DNA of 64,000 nt from NCBI GenBank assembly GCA_038146885.1, contig JAYQSM010000012.1:75318-139317 (forward strand), in the 5' to 3' direction. Of this stretch, positions 11,412 through 25,163 are shown one piece after another. Position numbers and translations under genes: made by a program. Source of the stretch: Rhodospirillaceae bacterium (GTDB lineage Bacteria > Pseudomonadota > Alphaproteobacteria > MPNO01 > UBA2964). The notes below the pieces were generated by a model. The model made no database searches. It was not told where the DNA came from and saw only the letters and a list, made by a program, of their open reading frames with translations. Position 1 is the first letter of the stretch, and each line of letters opens with the position of its first letter.

Positions 11412-12569
11412 ATGAGTAGCTGCGGAGCTCTAATCCTAGCAGGCGGAACAGGTTCAAGGTTCGGCAAAAAAGTTCCCAAGCAATATCAACTTTTAAATGG
11501 AAGACCTGTTTTGCGGTATGCGGTGGATGCTTTTCTCTCTCACCCGATGATTGATATGGTCCGAGTTGTGATACGCGAATGCGACGAGGAAAACTACGCG
11601 CATGCGGTCCGCGGTTTCACCCTACTGCCGCCAACAAAAGGCGGACATACTCGACAATCTTCGACCCTTAGAGGGTTAAAATCTTTTCAGGCCGCCCCCC
11701 CTAGCAAAATATTGATCCATGATGCAGCACGTCCTTTTCCATCGGCCCGATTGATATCCGAGGTAATTGATGCTCTTGATCACTTCGACGGAGCTATCCC
11801 TGCTATCTCTGTCGCAGACACTTTGAAGAAAATTGATAGTAGAGGATTAATTGAGGATACACTCGACAGGTCAACAATTGTCAGGGCTCAAACTCCTCAA
11901 GGCTTCAAATACCAAGATATTCTTAAGGCTCACGAAACTCAGAAAGACCTACAATATACCGATGACGCACAAATAGCCTGTAATGCCGGACTAAAGGTGC
12001 AACATATCCAGGGAGATCCAAAAAATCTCAAAATCACGACCCAAGAAGACATGCAACAGGCCAAAAGGATTATAGGAGCAGAGTCATTCGCATTCCTTAC
12101 TGGGCTTGGCTATGACGTCCACAAATATGGAGATGGCGATCAAATCACATTAGGGGGTGTCCCAATAAAGCATAACAAAGGGCTCGTCGGACATTCCGAT
12201 GCGGACGTTCTGCTTCATTCGATCACCGATGCGATTCTTGGGGCCATTGCCAAGGACGATATAGGGGCTCTTTTCCCGAACTCAGATCCCAAATGGTCGA
12301 ACGCCGACAGCTCGATCTTTCTCCAGACAGCCCATAAATTTCTGAGTAGAAATGGGGGAGAAATCATTCATATAGACACGAATATTATCTGTGAAAAACC
12401 GAAAATAGGTCCGTATCGGCAACAAATAAAATCAAAGATTAGTGAATTGCTGAGCATTCCGATCCATCGAATTAGTATAAAAGCAACCACAACCGAAGGA
12501 CTTGGGTTCACTGGCAGGGATGAAGGAATTGCAGTCCAGGCAATTGTTACTATTCGACGAAGAGAATAA
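11412..12569 (+). CDS. ispDF: bifunctional 2-C-methyl-D-erythritol 4-phosphate cytidylyltransferase / 2-C-methyl-D-erythritol 2,4-cyclodiphosphate synthase
   Basis: The ORF is open from 11331, but the conserved IspD N-terminus ALILAGGTGSRFG follows the ATG at 11412. The C-terminal half carries IspF motifs (GLGYDVHKY, GHSDADVLLHSITDA). Confidence 0.9.
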   Translation: MSSCGALILAGGTGSRFGKKVPKQYQLLNGRPVLRYAVDAFLSHPMIDMVRVVIRECDEENYAHAVRGFTLLPPTKGGHTRQSSTLRGLKSFQAAPPSKILIHDAARPFPSARLISEVIDALDHFDGAIPAISVADTLKKIDSRGLIEDTLDRSTIVRAQTPQGFKYQDILKAHETQKDLQYTDDAQIACNAGLKVQHIQGDPKNLKITTQEDMQQAKRIIGAESFAFLTGLGYDVHKYGDGDQITLGGVPIKHNKGLVGHSDADVLLHSITDAILGAIAKDDIGALFPNSDPKWSNADSSIFLQTAHKFLSRNGGEIIHIDTNIICEKPKIGPYRQQIKSKISELLSIPIHRISIKATTTEGLGFTGRDEGIAVQAIVTIRRRE

Positions 12570-12581
12570 AATTGGAATTTC

Positions 12582-13049
12582 ATGCCAAACATACTCCATC
12601 CCGCGACAATAGTTGTCACATTCTTCGGCATCGGGAGGCTTCCGGTCGCTCCAGGAACGTTTGGATCTCTCGCGGCAATTCCGATTTCCTGGCTATTGGG
12701 AACTTATTATGGAACGCTTTCTCTACTCTTCATTGCTGCATTCCTTACAATTCTAGGTTTTTTTGCGACAAAACAATATGTTCTACGAAAACGGGAAACA
12801 GATCCTTCGGAAGTTGTTATAGATGAAGTCATAGGTCAAATTCTGACACTCTGCTTTGTCCCGATTACCCTTCCAAATCTCATTCTGGGATTTGTTATCT
12901 TTCGCTTTTTTGACATCGCCAAGCCATGGCCAGTTAGTTATTTCGACAGAGAGATCAAAGGTGCCGCAGGTATTTTACTAGACGATATTATCGCAGCGAT
13001 AATGGCTGGCTCTTTAATGTATTGTTTACACCATGTAATGATATTTTAA
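12582..13049 (+). CDS. pgpA: phosphatidylglycerophosphatase A
   Basis: 155 aa. PgpA family N-terminus TFFGIGRLPVAPGTFGSLAAIP; membrane protein. Confidence 0.8.
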   Translation: MPNILHPATIVVTFFGIGRLPVAPGTFGSLAAIPISWLLGTYYGTLSLLFIAAFLTILGFFATKQYVLRKRETDPSEVVIDEVIGQILTLCFVPITLPNLILGFVIFRFFDIAKPWPVSYFDREIKGAAGILLDDIIAAIMAGSLMYCLHHVMIF

Positions 13050-13564
13050 TGTTAGAGAACTTGAATTCTTCCATACATCAGAAAGCAACAAATCTTATAG
13101 AGTTGTGCAGATCCTACCGTGTAACCGTAACGACCATCGAGTCGTGCACTGGAGGCCTCGTTTCAGCGGCTTTGACAGATATTCCGGGCTCCTCAGAGGT
13201 ATTTAATTGCGGGTTTGTAACCTATAGCAACGAAGCCAAACATAGATTAGTTAATGTTCCTCCGGCGTTAATCGCAAAGCACGGGGCCGTTAGCCAATCA
13301 GTCGCCATTGCAATGGCTATGGGTGGACTGAAACACTCAACTGCGAATTTTGCTGTTTCTGTCACAGGGGTGGCAGGTCCGGGCGGAGGAACCGCAGAAA
13401 AGCCCGTGGGTTTAGTCCATTTTGCATGTGTCTCCCGAACAAGTAAGCCACTCTTGTTTGAGGCTCGATTTAGTGGTGATCGAAACGAAATTCGAAGCCA
13501 ATCAGTAGAGCAGGCTCTACTGATGCTGAATCATTCTGTGGAAACTAACTGTAAAGTTCTCTAG
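13049..13564 (+). CDS. pncC: CinA C-terminal domain protein / nicotinamide-nucleotide amidohydrolase PncC
   Basis: CinA_C motifs ESCTGGLVSAALTDIPGSS and VTGVAGPGGGT. Its ATG at 13049 overlaps the pgpA stop (TAATG). Confidence 0.8.
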   Translation: MLENLNSSIHQKATNLIELCRSYRVTVTTIESCTGGLVSAALTDIPGSSEVFNCGFVTYSNEAKHRLVNVPPALIAKHGAVSQSVAIAMAMGGLKHSTANFAVSVTGVAGPGGGTAEKPVGLVHFACVSRTSKPLLFEARFSGDRNEIRSQSVEQALLMLNHSVETNCKVL

Positions 13565-13980
13565 CTCTTTCCTCAAAGGCTCTGACCATCCGTCTTACCG
13601 CCTGATAGAAAAGAGGTTCCATGACCGCCCCCAAGATCGGCGAACGAAATTCAAAGTCTATTTCAAAATCGAGAGAACAACCATTAGGAATATCCATAAA
13701 ATTTCCAACGATTATTCAGATACTTAAACGGCCCCTTCTCATAAGTTACTTTAATTTGTGACGGTTTTTCAGAATAAACACGAGATGTAAATGTTTCTCG
13801 AAGAGCTTTAAACCCTATCACAAGATCTGCCAGTATCATTCCATTTAATTCGTCCCTCTCCAAAATCCGAGCTGCCACACACCATGGTAGAAAATCAGGG
13901 TAGCTCTCAATATCTGATACCAGCTCATGCAATTGTTCTGCACTGTAAGGTAATTCTTTTATTTCAGAATGAGAGGGCAA
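13545..13980 (-). pseudogene. SRPBCC (RatA / COQ10-like, polyketide cyclase-dehydrase fold) protein, interrupted by an apparent +1 frameshift in an A4/T4 homopolymer near 13698-13701
   Basis: The N-terminal 94 aa (13684..13980) match the RatA/YfjG family (…KGPFKYLNNRWKF). The conserved C-terminus (NGCSLDFEIDFEFRSPILGAVMEPLFYQAVRRMVRAFEERA) sits in the adjacent frame and ends at a TAG at 13545-13547. Conserved position directly downstream of lipA. Confidence 0.6.
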
Positions 13981-13986
13981 AGGTGA

Positions 13987-14934
13987 TCAACAAGACAACT
14001 GAATTTCTCGAGATTGACGCATTTCCAAAAAATCTTTATCCGCATGATAAGAGGAACGCGTCAGTGGCGATGACGAAACCATCAAAAACTTTCGATGCCG
14101 AGCAAGCCTGGCATAATCTTCAAATTCATCCGGTCTGATGAAGCGGTTTATAGGAAAATGCTTTGGCGTTGGTTGAAGGTACTGACCCAGTGTAAGAAAA
14201 TCGACCTCCGCAACACGCAAATCATCCATAACCTGGATGAGCTCCTCTCTACTCTCTCCAAGCCCAACCATCAAACCAGATTTTGTAAACATACTTGGAT
14301 CGATCTTTTTGACCGAATCAAGAAGTCGCAAAGATTGATAATACCTAGCTCCAGGTCGCACTGACGGATACAAGCGAGGTACCGTCTCCAGATTATGATT
14401 AAAAACATCTGGTTTTGCGGACACAACAATCTCAATGGCACCATCTTTTCTTAGAAAATCCGGTGTAAGAACCTCTATCGTCGTTCCAGGTGAACTCATC
14501 CTTATAGCCCGGATGGTCTTGGCGAAATGCTCCGCCCCTCCATCTGGTAAATCATCCCTATCCACTGAAGTGATAACCACGTGCCGCAAACCAAGTGACT
14601 GGACTGCTTTTGCGACATTAGCAGGCTCGTTTAAATCGATTTTCCCTGGAACCCCGGTGGCTATATTACAGAAGGCACAGGCTCTGGTACAAATGCCACC
14701 AAGTATCATCATAGTCGCGTGTTTTTGTGACCAACACTCTCCAATATTGGGACATGCAGCTTCTTCGCAGACAGTCACTAATCGGAGGTCTCGCATCAAT
14801 TTCTTCGTTTCGTAGTAGGACGAAGAGTTTGGGGCTTTCACCCGAATCCAATCGGGCTTTTCCGGTGAGGGATTATCCGGCCGATGGGCTTTTTCTGGGT
14901 GTCGTAGCCTTAACGCTTCTGCCCTCTCAGACAT
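13987..14934 (-). CDS. lipA: lipoyl synthase
   Basis: 315 aa. Radical-SAM lipoyl synthase with cysteine clusters ([23 protein letters not shown]). Confidence 0.9.
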   Translation of the reverse strand: MSERAEALRLRHPEKAHRPDNPSPEKPDWIRVKAPNSSSYYETKKLMRDLRLVTVCEEAACPNIGECWSQKHATMMILGGICTRACAFCNIATGVPGKIDLNEPANVAKAVQSLGLRHVVITSVDRDDLPDGGAEHFAKTIRAIRMSSPGTTIEVLTPDFLRKDGAIEIVVSAKPDVFNHNLETVPRLYPSVRPGARYYQSLRLLDSVKKIDPSMFTKSGLMVGLGESREELIQVMDDLRVAEVDFLTLGQYLQPTPKHFPINRFIRPDEFEDYARLARHRKFLMVSSSPLTRSSYHADKDFLEMRQSREIQLSC

Positions 14935-16334
14935 CAGATATGAATTGCCTTTCCAAAAGCATCCAAAACCGACTCATGCATAGCTTCCGATAAGGTTGGA
15001 TGAGGAAAAATTGTATGCATCAGCTCCGCTTCCGTCATTTCTCCTACCTTAGCAATAACGTATCCTTGAATCTGCTCTGTAACCTCCGGCCCGATCATGT
15101 GGGCACCTAGTAGCTCTCCCGTAACAGAGTTGAAAATAGTTTTTACTAATCCTTCTGTCTCTCCAAGAGCTATCGCCTTACCATTTGCAATGAGAGGAAA
15201 TTTTCCTATTTTGAGTTCTATGCCAAGTTCTCTGGCCTTCTCCTCCGTCAACCCGACACTGGCTATTTGAGGACGACAATAGGTGCAACCAGGGATGTTA
15301 TCTTTGTTGAGCGGATGAGTTTTTAAACCGCCGATATGCTCTACAGCGATAATCGCTTCATGGCTCGCCTTGTGCGCGAGCCATGGAGGACCTGTCAAGT
15401 CTCCAATGGCATAAACACCAGGCTCATCCGTTTCACAAACAGAATTTGTAACTACGTGACTTTTCTCAACACGTATTTTAGTATTTTCAAGCCCTATACC
15501 TTCGATATTCCCTACAATTCCAATTGCCAGAACTGCTCTATCAAAAGTCATTGTTTCTTTGGCACCATCTGAAAAACTAATTTCTGCAGCCACAGTTTTT
15601 TTATTGGCTTTTAAACTCCCTACAGAAACCCCCGTATGAATCTTAATGCCTCTTTTTTCAAAAGCTATCTGAGCCATTCTGGAGATTTCTTTATCTTCAA
15701 CTGGAAGAATTCGATCCATCATTTCAACAACAGTAACGGCGGCACCCATATCTCTATAAAAGCTGGCGAATTCTATTCCTATAGCCCCAGAACCGACGAC
15801 CAAAAGTGACCTTGGCATTTCATCCGGAATCATCGCCTCACGATAAGTCCAAATTCTATCTCCATCTGGCTCTAGGCCTGGCAAGCTACGAGCTCTGGCT
15901 CCTGTTGCCAAAACCACATTTGTCCCAGAGACCTGATAAGTTTGTTTTCCACCTGAGGAAACTGACACGATCCCATTTCCCAGCAATTCTCCTGCCCCCT
16001 CAAGAACCTCGACTTTATTCTTTTTGAGGAGATGGCTAATTCCGGAATTCAATTGATTGGCTACAGATCGCGACCGATCAACTATTTTTTTGATATCAAA
16101 AGAAAAATTTTCTCCGGACAAACCAAACTCATCGAGATGAGAGAGCAAATGATTGACCTCCGAGACCCGCAAAAGAGCTTTTGTCGGGATACACCCCCAG
16201 TTTAAACAAATTCCGCCAAGGTGTTCCTTCTCGATCAGTGCCGTTTTTAGACCAAGTTGGCTTCCACGAATGGCCGCGACATAGCCCCCGGGTCCACCCC
16301 CGACAACAATCAAATCATATTTCTTTTCAGACAT
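14934..16334 (-). CDS. lpdA: dihydrolipoyl dehydrogenase (E3)
   Basis: 466 aa. FAD-binding GGGPGGY, redox-active disulfide [14 protein letters not shown]-terminal dimerisation domain with HAHPTLSE. Confidence 0.9.
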   Translation of the reverse strand: MSEKKYDLIVVGGGPGGYVAAIRGSQLGLKTALIEKEHLGGICLNWGCIPTKALLRVSEVNHLLSHLDEFGLSGENFSFDIKKIVDRSRSVANQLNSGISHLLKKNKVEVLEGAGELLGNGIVSVSSGGKQTYQVSGTNVVLATGARARSLPGLEPDGDRIWTYREAMIPDEMPRSLLVVGSGAIGIEFASFYRDMGAAVTVVEMMDRILPVEDKEISRMAQIAFEKRGIKIHTGVSVGSLKANKKTVAAEISFSDGAKETMTFDRAVLAIGIVGNIEGIGLENTKIRVEKSHVVTNSVCETDEPGVYAIGDLTGPPWLAHKASHEAIIAVEHIGGLKTHPLNKDNIPGCTYCRPQIASVGLTEEKARELGIELKIGKFPLIANGKAIALGETEGLVKTIFNSVTGELLGAHMIGPEVTEQIQGYVIAKVGEMTEAELMHTIFPHPTLSEAMHESVLDAFGKAIHI

Positions 16335-16389
16335 TTCTCACTTCCAAGGTAAGTCAGGCCCTACAAACCTGTTTTCATAGGAACCAAAA

Positions 16390-17784
16390 TTAATGCTCGG
16401 CCATTAATAGAAGAGGGGGATACTCCAAATATTTTTTGATTGCTTGGATCAACATAGCACCCACGGCCCCGTCGACGACTCGGTGATCGCAAGACAGGGT
16501 ACAGGTTGTTACCGTGGCTACAGTCAACTTGTCATCCTTGACCACTGGTCTTTTTTCTCCAACCCCAACAGCCAAAATTGCGCCTTGAGGCTCATTTATA
16601 ATTGCATCGAACTGTTTTATACCGAACATACCCAAGTTCGATATGCTGAAGGATCCGCCCTGATATTCTTCCGGTGATAATTTTCCATCCCTTGCTTTAG
16701 TCGCCAAAATCTTCATTTCTGCAGAGATTTCAGTCAGGGATTTAAGCTCGGTATTTCTTATAATCGGAGTAATCAACCCGCCATCCAATGCTACAGCAAC
16801 GGAGATATCTGCCCCTTCAAAACGCCTAATATTTCCATCTCCTGCGAAGGATGCATTTGCCTCGGGAACATCCATCAAGGCCAAGCCACAGGCCTTAATA
16901 ACAAAGTCATTTACAGAAAGTTTGAGATTTTGTTTGGCCAAACGGTCATTCATGACTGATCGCATCTTGAGCAGCTCATCAAGCTCACAGTCAACAGTTA
17001 GGTAAAAATGGGGGACATTTGATTTGGATGAAACCATCCGCTCGGCTATGACTTTGCGCATCGCGCTCATACGGATAAGCTCAGATCCTCCAAGCCCGCT
17101 CACAGAAGGAGCTCCTAATATTGATTTGGATTGTAATTGTTCGATGTCTCGCGCGATGATACGTTGATTTGGGCCTGTTCCCATTATTGATGACAAATCA
17201 AGATCCAACTCACGGGCCAGACGGCGCGCAAGTGGGGTGACAAAAATTCGATCTCCGGACCCACGACTAGGCACAGAATTTTCGGAAGAAGAGATGGGTT
17301 CATTGGCTTCTTGAGAGGAATGAGACGTAATGTCAGCCGTCATGATCTTTCTGTGCGGTCCATTGCCCTTTACTTTGGAAATATCAATTCCCGTTAGTGC
17401 TGCGGTTCTCCTGGCAAGAGGGGACGCTTTCACTTCACGAACCGAACCTGAAATGCTGTTCGCCTTACTCTCTACGATTTCTATCTTGTTGAAAAGATCT
17501 TCAGATTCCTCCAACGCCGTATGTAAAACAGAAGGATCTTCTCCGTCTTCCAATAACAAGCCGATTAATTGATTAACGGGAACACTTTCAGTCCCAGCTG
17601 GCACGACGATTCTGCCAAGAATTCCATCATCAATTGCTTCAACTTCCATCGTTGCCTTATCTGTCTCAATTTCTGCGATAACATCCCCGACCGACACTTC
17701 CTCGCCCTCCTTTTTTAGCCATTTGGAGAGCGTTCCCTCGGCCATAGTTGGCGATAAAGCGGGCATTAAAATCTCGATAGGCAT
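16390..17784 (-). CDS. pdhC: pyruvate dehydrogenase complex dihydrolipoamide acetyltransferase (E2)
   Basis: 464 aa. N-terminal lipoyl domain ([11 protein letters not shown]), E3-binding domain, C-terminal catalytic domain with DHRVVDG. Confidence 0.85.
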   Translation of the reverse strand: MPIEILMPALSPTMAEGTLSKWLKKEGEEVSVGDVIAEIETDKATMEVEAIDDGILGRIVVPAGTESVPVNQLIGLLLEDGEDPSVLHTALEESEDLFNKIEIVESKANSISGSVREVKASPLARRTAALTGIDISKVKGNGPHRKIMTADITSHSSQEANEPISSSENSVPSRGSGDRIFVTPLARRLARELDLDLSSIMGTGPNQRIIARDIEQLQSKSILGAPSVSGLGGSELIRMSAMRKVIAERMVSSKSNVPHFYLTVDCELDELLKMRSVMNDRLAKQNLKLSVNDFVIKACGLALMDVPEANASFAGDGNIRRFEGADISVAVALDGGLITPIIRNTELKSLTEISAEMKILATKARDGKLSPEEYQGGSFSISNLGMFGIKQFDAIINEPQGAILAVGVGEKRPVVKDDKLTVATVTTCTLSCDHRVVDGAVGAMLIQAIKKYLEYPPLLLMAEH

Positions 17785-17794
17785 ACACTTACCC

Positions 17795-19174
17795 TTACTT
17801 TTGATAGCAAACCGCTTTTACGGCTGTCACGATGTCTTCAATCTGAGGCAGTGCAAGCGCCTCAAGGTTTGCAGCGTAAGGCAAAGGAACGTCTTTCGCC
17901 GCTACTCGAAGCACTGGAGCATCCAAATAATCAAATGCCTTCTCCATGACCGTGGCCGAGATTTCAGCGCCGATCCCGGAAAATGCCCACCCCTCTTCTG
18001 CAACAACCATGCGGTTAGTTTTCTGAACGGAGCGGATTAAAGTCTCTGTGTCTAACGGACGAAGAGTTCGAAGATCAACTACTTCGGCGTCAATTCCATC
18101 TGCAGCTAATCGATCAGCCGCTTCCAATGCTTTTCCTACCATTATAGAAAACGCTACAATGGTCACATCCACGCCCTCTTTTGCAATGTTCGCCTGACCT
18201 AAAGGCACTGTCCAATCCGATGACAGGGGAACGTCGCAACTTTGACCATATAAAATCTCATTTTCTAAGAAAATGACGGGATCAGGATCACGGATTGCAG
18301 ATTTAAGAAGGCCCTTTGCATCGGCTGCATTGGATGGAGATACCACCTTCAAACCCGGAATATGCGCATACCAACTCGCGTAACATTGAGAATGCTGGGC
18401 TGCGACCCGCGACGCGGCTCCATTCGGACCTCGGAAAACAATTGGACTCCCCATTTGTCCACCCGACATATAGTTGGTTTTTGCCGCCGAGTTAATTATT
18501 TGATCCATCGCCTGCATCGCAAAATTAAATGTCATAAATTCGACAATTGGTTTTAGGCCTCCGAATGCCGCCCCGACCCCAAGCCCGGTGAACCCATGCT
18601 CTGTTATCGGCGTATCTACGACCCGGCGATCCCCAAATTCTGCCAACAAGCCTTGACTCACTTTATAGGCTCCTTCGTACTGGGCCACTTCCTCTCCCAT
18701 CAAAAACACTGTCTCGTCAGCACGCATCTCCTCTGCCATAGCATCGCGGAGCGCCTCCCGCATGGACATTTCTTGCTTAGCCTCATTAGCCGCATCACTA
18801 GAAGGACGATGGACGACCTCACTAACCTCTGTTTGTTTTGTGGAGACTGATTCAATCTTTCCTTCTGAGCGTTCTAGCATCTCAGCGACAGAGAGATCTT
18901 TGGCTATATCATTAATACTTCCAATATCCTCACCTTCGCCAAGGATTATTCCAATAACCGAGTTGACTTTGACCGCTTCGGCACCCTCCTCAACAAGAAT
19001 TTTTCCTAAAACACCCTCATCGATTGCCTCCACCTCCATAGTGGCTTTATCAGTCTCTATTTCAGCTATGACATCCCCAACTTCGATAGGATCGCCCTCA
19101 TTTTTTAGCCATTTGGCGAGATTACCCTCTGTCATTGTAGGTGATAAGGCCGGCATCAGAATATTTATTGCCAT
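17795..19174 (-). CDS. pdhB: pyruvate dehydrogenase E1 component beta subunit with N-terminal lipoyl domain
   Basis: 459 aa. Lipoyl domain ([15 protein letters not shown]) fused to a transketolase-like E1 beta domain. This is the alphaproteobacterial-type PdhB. Confidence 0.9.
   Translation of the reverse strand: MAINILMPALSPTMTEGNLAKWLKNEGDPIEVGDVIAEIETDKATMEVEAIDEGVLGKILVEEGAEAVKVNSVIGIILGEGEDIGSINDIAKDLSVAEMLERSEGKIESVSTKQTEVSEVVHRPSSDAANEAKQEMSMREALRDAMAEEMRADETVFLMGEEVAQYEGAYKVSQGLLAEFGDRRVVDTPITEHGFTGLGVGAAFGGLKPIVEFMTFNFAMQAMDQIINSAAKTNYMSGGQMGSPIVFRGPNGAASRVAAQHSQCYASWYAHIPGLKVVSPSNAADAKGLLKSAIRDPDPVIFLENEILYGQSCDVPLSSDWTVPLGQANIAKEGVDVTIVAFSIMVGKALEAADRLAADGIDAEVVDLRTLRPLDTETLIRSVQKTNRMVVAEEGWAFSGIGAEISATVMEKAFDYLDAPVLRVAAKDVPLPYAANLEALALPQIEDIVTAVKAVCYQK
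19031..19174. repeat. intra-operon lipoyl-domain DNA repeat (5' end of pdhB; its partner is the 5' end of pdhC at about 17641-17784)
   Basis: About 140 bp at roughly 75% identity. It includes the identical 16-mer TTTTTTAGCCATTTGG and encodes …[17 protein letters not shown]…[15 protein letters not shown] in both genes. Confidence 0.5.
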
Positions 19175-19198
19175 TTCACGATATCCTTTATTCCGATC

Positions 19199-20260
19199 TC
19201 AAGCGTTTACGAAAACATCTGTGAAGAGTTCTGATGGATCTGGCTCTGGACTTTCCTGAGCGAACTGAGCCGCATCAGAAACGATTGCTCGTATCTCCCG
19301 ATCCATTGTCTTAAGCTGCTCTTCTGTGACAACCTTGGCCTTTAGCAGCCGGTCCCCAAGCATATTAATAGGATCGTGATTACTTCTGATATCGTCCACT
19401 TCTTTTTTTGATCTGTACCTCGCCGGGTCTGACATCGAATGACCTCTGTACCGATATGTCTGCATTTCCAAAATAAAAGGACCCTTCCCTGATCGACACC
19501 AATCAGCCGCCCTCTTCCCCGCCTCCATCACTGTTTCGACGTCCATGCCGTCAACCTGTTCCCCCGGGATGTCAACACTTTCTCCAAGCTTATATAAATT
19601 CGTTTCGGCCGAGGCTCGCTCAACGGAAGTACCCATCCCATACTTGTTGTTCTCAATTACATAAATCACGGGCAACTTCCACAAAGCCGCCATATTAAAA
19701 CTCTCATGAACTTGTCCTTGGTTCGCTGCACCATCCCCAAAGTAGGTCACTGAAACCGCAAGATTGTTTTTATATTTGTGCGAGAATGCCAATCCGGTTC
19801 CTATCGAGACTTGCGCCCCGACTATTCCATGCCCGCCATAGAAGTTCTTTTCACGGCTGAACATATGCATTGAACCGCCTTTACCTTTGGAATAGCCACC
19901 AATCCGTCCAGTTAACTCCGCCATCACCCCGCGAGCTTCCATTCCGCAGGCCAACATATGCCCATGATCACGGTAACTTGTGATCACTGTGTCTTCTGTT
20001 TGCAGTGCGGCCTGCATGCCAACAACCACCGCCTCTTGCCCGATATAGAGATGACAAAAACCGCCAATTAGCCCCATACCGTAAAGCTGCCCCGCCCGTT
20101 CCTCGAAACGACGGATAAGCAACATGCTTTTATAACATTCGATCAAAACCTCTTTGGAGTTGCCCTTTTTTCGAGATTCTTTTTTTGATGACACTGGCTT
20201 TTTTATCGCCTTTTTTGAGGCCGCTTTTAAAGAAGTTCTTGCCATTCTTATCCCTTTCAT
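19199..20260 (-). CDS. pdhA: pyruvate dehydrogenase E1 component alpha subunit
   Basis: 353 aa. TPP-binding E1 alpha with a basic N-terminal extension and GDGAANQG motif. The true start may be the internal Met at 20245. Confidence 0.9.
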   Translation of the reverse strand: MKGIRMARTSLKAASKKAIKKPVSSKKESRKKGNSKEVLIECYKSMLLIRRFEERAGQLYGMGLIGGFCHLYIGQEAVVVGMQAALQTEDTVITSYRDHGHMLACGMEARGVMAELTGRIGGYSKGKGGSMHMFSREKNFYGGHGIVGAQVSIGTGLAFSHKYKNNLAVSVTYFGDGAANQGQVHESFNMAALWKLPVIYVIENNKYGMGTSVERASAETNLYKLGESVDIPGEQVDGMDVETVMEAGKRAADWCRSGKGPFILEMQTYRYRGHSMSDPARYRSKKEVDDIRSNHDPINMLGDRLLKAKVVTEEQLKTMDREIRAIVSDAAQFAQESPEPDPSELFTDVFVNA

Positions 20261-20405
20261 ACGGGTAGAATTGGACTATTTCTCTCCAATTCTACTGTTA
20301 AAAAGGTATACAAATTAACAGATCAAGCAATAATTCCTTGAGAAAGTTTATGTTTTTTTAATTGGAACTTTTGAAAGAAAAGAGAAAAATTATTACAAAT
20401 TTTGA

Positions 20406-20729
20406 TTAATCCTTTTCCTGGGGTAACAAAATAACGAGTTCGTCCTCTCTACCGTAAGCTGTAACGGCTCTAACCCTCTCATCAAGGAGGTCTCTATCCA
20501 GGGCTTCCGGCCGCAAGGAGTTGGTCCAATCTTCCCATTTACGCCGTTCTCGGGAAGCACGATCGTGTTCAAGCTCTTGATAGGCTAATTGCTGCTTAAG
20601 TTGGACCCAACTCAATAACCCCCGCTCACCTTGGACCGTGTGAAACAAAAAATAGCCAATAAGCAAACAGCCCAGGACGGCACCTGCCACTTGCCTTCCA
20701 ATTCGCTTGATTTCTAATCCCACACTCAT
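20406..20729 (-). CDS. ftsB: cell division protein FtsB / septum formation initiator
   Basis: 107 aa. Single N-terminal TM helix followed by a coiled coil. Conserved eno-ftsB-pdhA synteny of alphaproteobacteria. Confidence 0.65.
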   Translation of the reverse strand: MSVGLEIKRIGRQVAGAVLGCLLIGYFLFHTVQGERGLLSWVQLKQQLAYQELEHDRASRERRKWEDWTNSLRPEALDRDLLDERVRAVTAYGREDELVILLPQEKD

Positions 20730-20862
20730 CCAGCTAACGAATCACGGAAGGATTCGATTCGTCAAGGAAAAAGCTAGCTTTTCTATGAGAAGAAATAACA
20801 ACGTATCCAAAATAAAATGTCCACCTTGGACACTTTTTCTATGAAGAAGTGAACAAATGAGC

Positions 20863-22146
<1,284 letters not shown>

Positions 22147-22186
22147 TTATCTTCTCCGGTTCATTTTCGAGATGAGATTTAGGTAA

Positions 22187-23023
22187 TCAGTCGAAACTCT
22201 TCACGAGAGTATCAAGAGCTTTAAGCTTGGCCAAAAAGCCATCCATATCAGTTAAATGCATCATGTTGGGGCCGTCGCTAGGAGCCGAATCCGGATCTTG
22301 ATGAGTTTCAGCGAAAACTGCTGCCACGCCAACTGAAACCGCTGCTCGAGCCAAAATAGGAACAAATTCGCGTTGACCGCCACTCGTCGTTCCTTGCCCC
22401 CCTGGTTGCTGAACTGAATGGGTCGCGTCGAACACTACTGGGAACCCTGTACTCGTCAAAATTGGCAAAGATCTCATATCGGATACGAGGGTATTATATC
22501 CAAAACTCGTCCCCCTCTCACACAGCATGATCTGGCTATTCCCAGCCGCAACTAATTTCTCGGCCACATTCTTCATATCCCAAGGAGCGAGAAATTGACC
22601 CTTCTTAATATTTACGACACGTCCGGTCTCCGCAGCGGCTACAAGCAAATCTGTTTGCCTGCATAGGAATGCAGGGATTTGTAATACATCGACTACCTCA
22701 GCAACAGGCTCACACTGATCAACATTATGCACATCAGTTAATACAGGACATTGATAGGTTTCTTTTATCTCTGCGAAGATCGGTAACGCTTGCTCAAGCC
22801 CAATTCCTCTCGGGCTATCGATTGAAGTCCGATTTGCTTTGTCAAAAGACGTTTTATAGATGAACCCAATACCCCGACGTTCACAAATCTCGACCAAGCG
22901 GTGTGCTGTTTCCAGAGCATGCTGTCTACTTTCGAGGGCGCAAGGTCCTGCAATCACTGTCAATGGTAAATCATTTCCGATTTCCAGAGCGCCGACGGTT
23001 ATATGACGGTATTTTGACATCAA
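22187..23023 (-). CDS. kdsA: 3-deoxy-8-phosphooctulonate synthase
   Basis: 278 aa. DAHP-synthase-I / KDO8P synthase family ([21 protein letters not shown]). Confidence 0.9.
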   Translation of the reverse strand: MMSKYRHITVGALEIGNDLPLTVIAGPCALESRQHALETAHRLVEICERRGIGFIYKTSFDKANRTSIDSPRGIGLEQALPIFAEIKETYQCPVLTDVHNVDQCEPVAEVVDVLQIPAFLCRQTDLLVAAAETGRVVNIKKGQFLAPWDMKNVAEKLVAAGNSQIMLCERGTSFGYNTLVSDMRSLPILTSTGFPVVFDATHSVQQPGGQGTTSGGQREFVPILARAAVSVGVAAVFAETHQDPDSAPSDGPNMMHLTDMDGFLAKLKALDTLVKSFD

Positions 23024-23052
23024 TCCTCCGATTTTTAACTTTGAGGCTTCTT

Positions 23053-24690
<1,638 letters not shown>

Positions 24691-24768
24691 CTATAAACAA
24701 ATTATGACGCTTCGCCCATCTTGAAAGTACGCCATATCTGGGAAAAATTTGAGACCGATTCTCTGTTT

Positions 24769-25095
24769 CTATTTCCCAACAGGGACGATCGGTTTTGAAG
24801 GCATACTTGGAGCGATTGGCTGACTACCCTTATTTGGCTGATCAACAATAGAGCGCTTGCTCTGCCCGTTGCCTGCTATGATCGCTAACGTCAAACTCGT
24901 GGCGATGAAACAACCAGCCAAAATGCCAGTCCACTTGGTCAGCATATTCCCAGCACCTCGAACGGACATAAGACCATCCATGGCTCCACCACCAATACCC
25001 AGCGCACCACCTTCACTGCGTTGCAACAACACAAGAACAACCAGCCCGAGAGCCAGAAGCACATGAACAAGAAGTATAACTGTAGTCATCAACAA
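24769..25095 (-). CDS. secG: preprotein translocase subunit SecG
   Basis: 108 aa. Two TM helices and the SecG signature LLQRSEGGALG. Conserved tpiA-secG-pyrG order. Confidence 0.8.
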   Translation of the reverse strand: MLMTTVILLVHVLLALGLVVLVLLQRSEGGALGIGGGAMDGLMSVRGAGNMLTKWTGILAGCFIATSLTLAIIAGNGQSKRSIVDQPNKGSQPIAPSMPSKPIVPVGK

Positions 25096-25163
25096 CTCTT
25101 TTTAAGAACCAAACTCATTTGGACCTCTTTACGTCCTCTTTACTGTTTTTACTAGCCCCAGTG

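Noticed and set aside
18762-19259. 165-aa ORF on the + strand, antisense to pdhB and pdhA
   Set aside because: Low-complexity Ser/Thr/Pro-rich translation lying wholly inside two strongly conserved genes on the other strand. A typical antisense shadow ORF. The same reasoning rejects 45767..46165, 51891..52289, 30618..31019, 39024..39419, 39524..39973, 55837..56226 and the other short antisense ORFs in the track.
20755-20785. Hairpin CGAATC-N8-GATTCG between eno and ftsB as an intrinsic terminator
   Set aside because: A 6-bp AT/GC-mixed stem with no U-tract, about 80 bp downstream of eno. Too weak to call.
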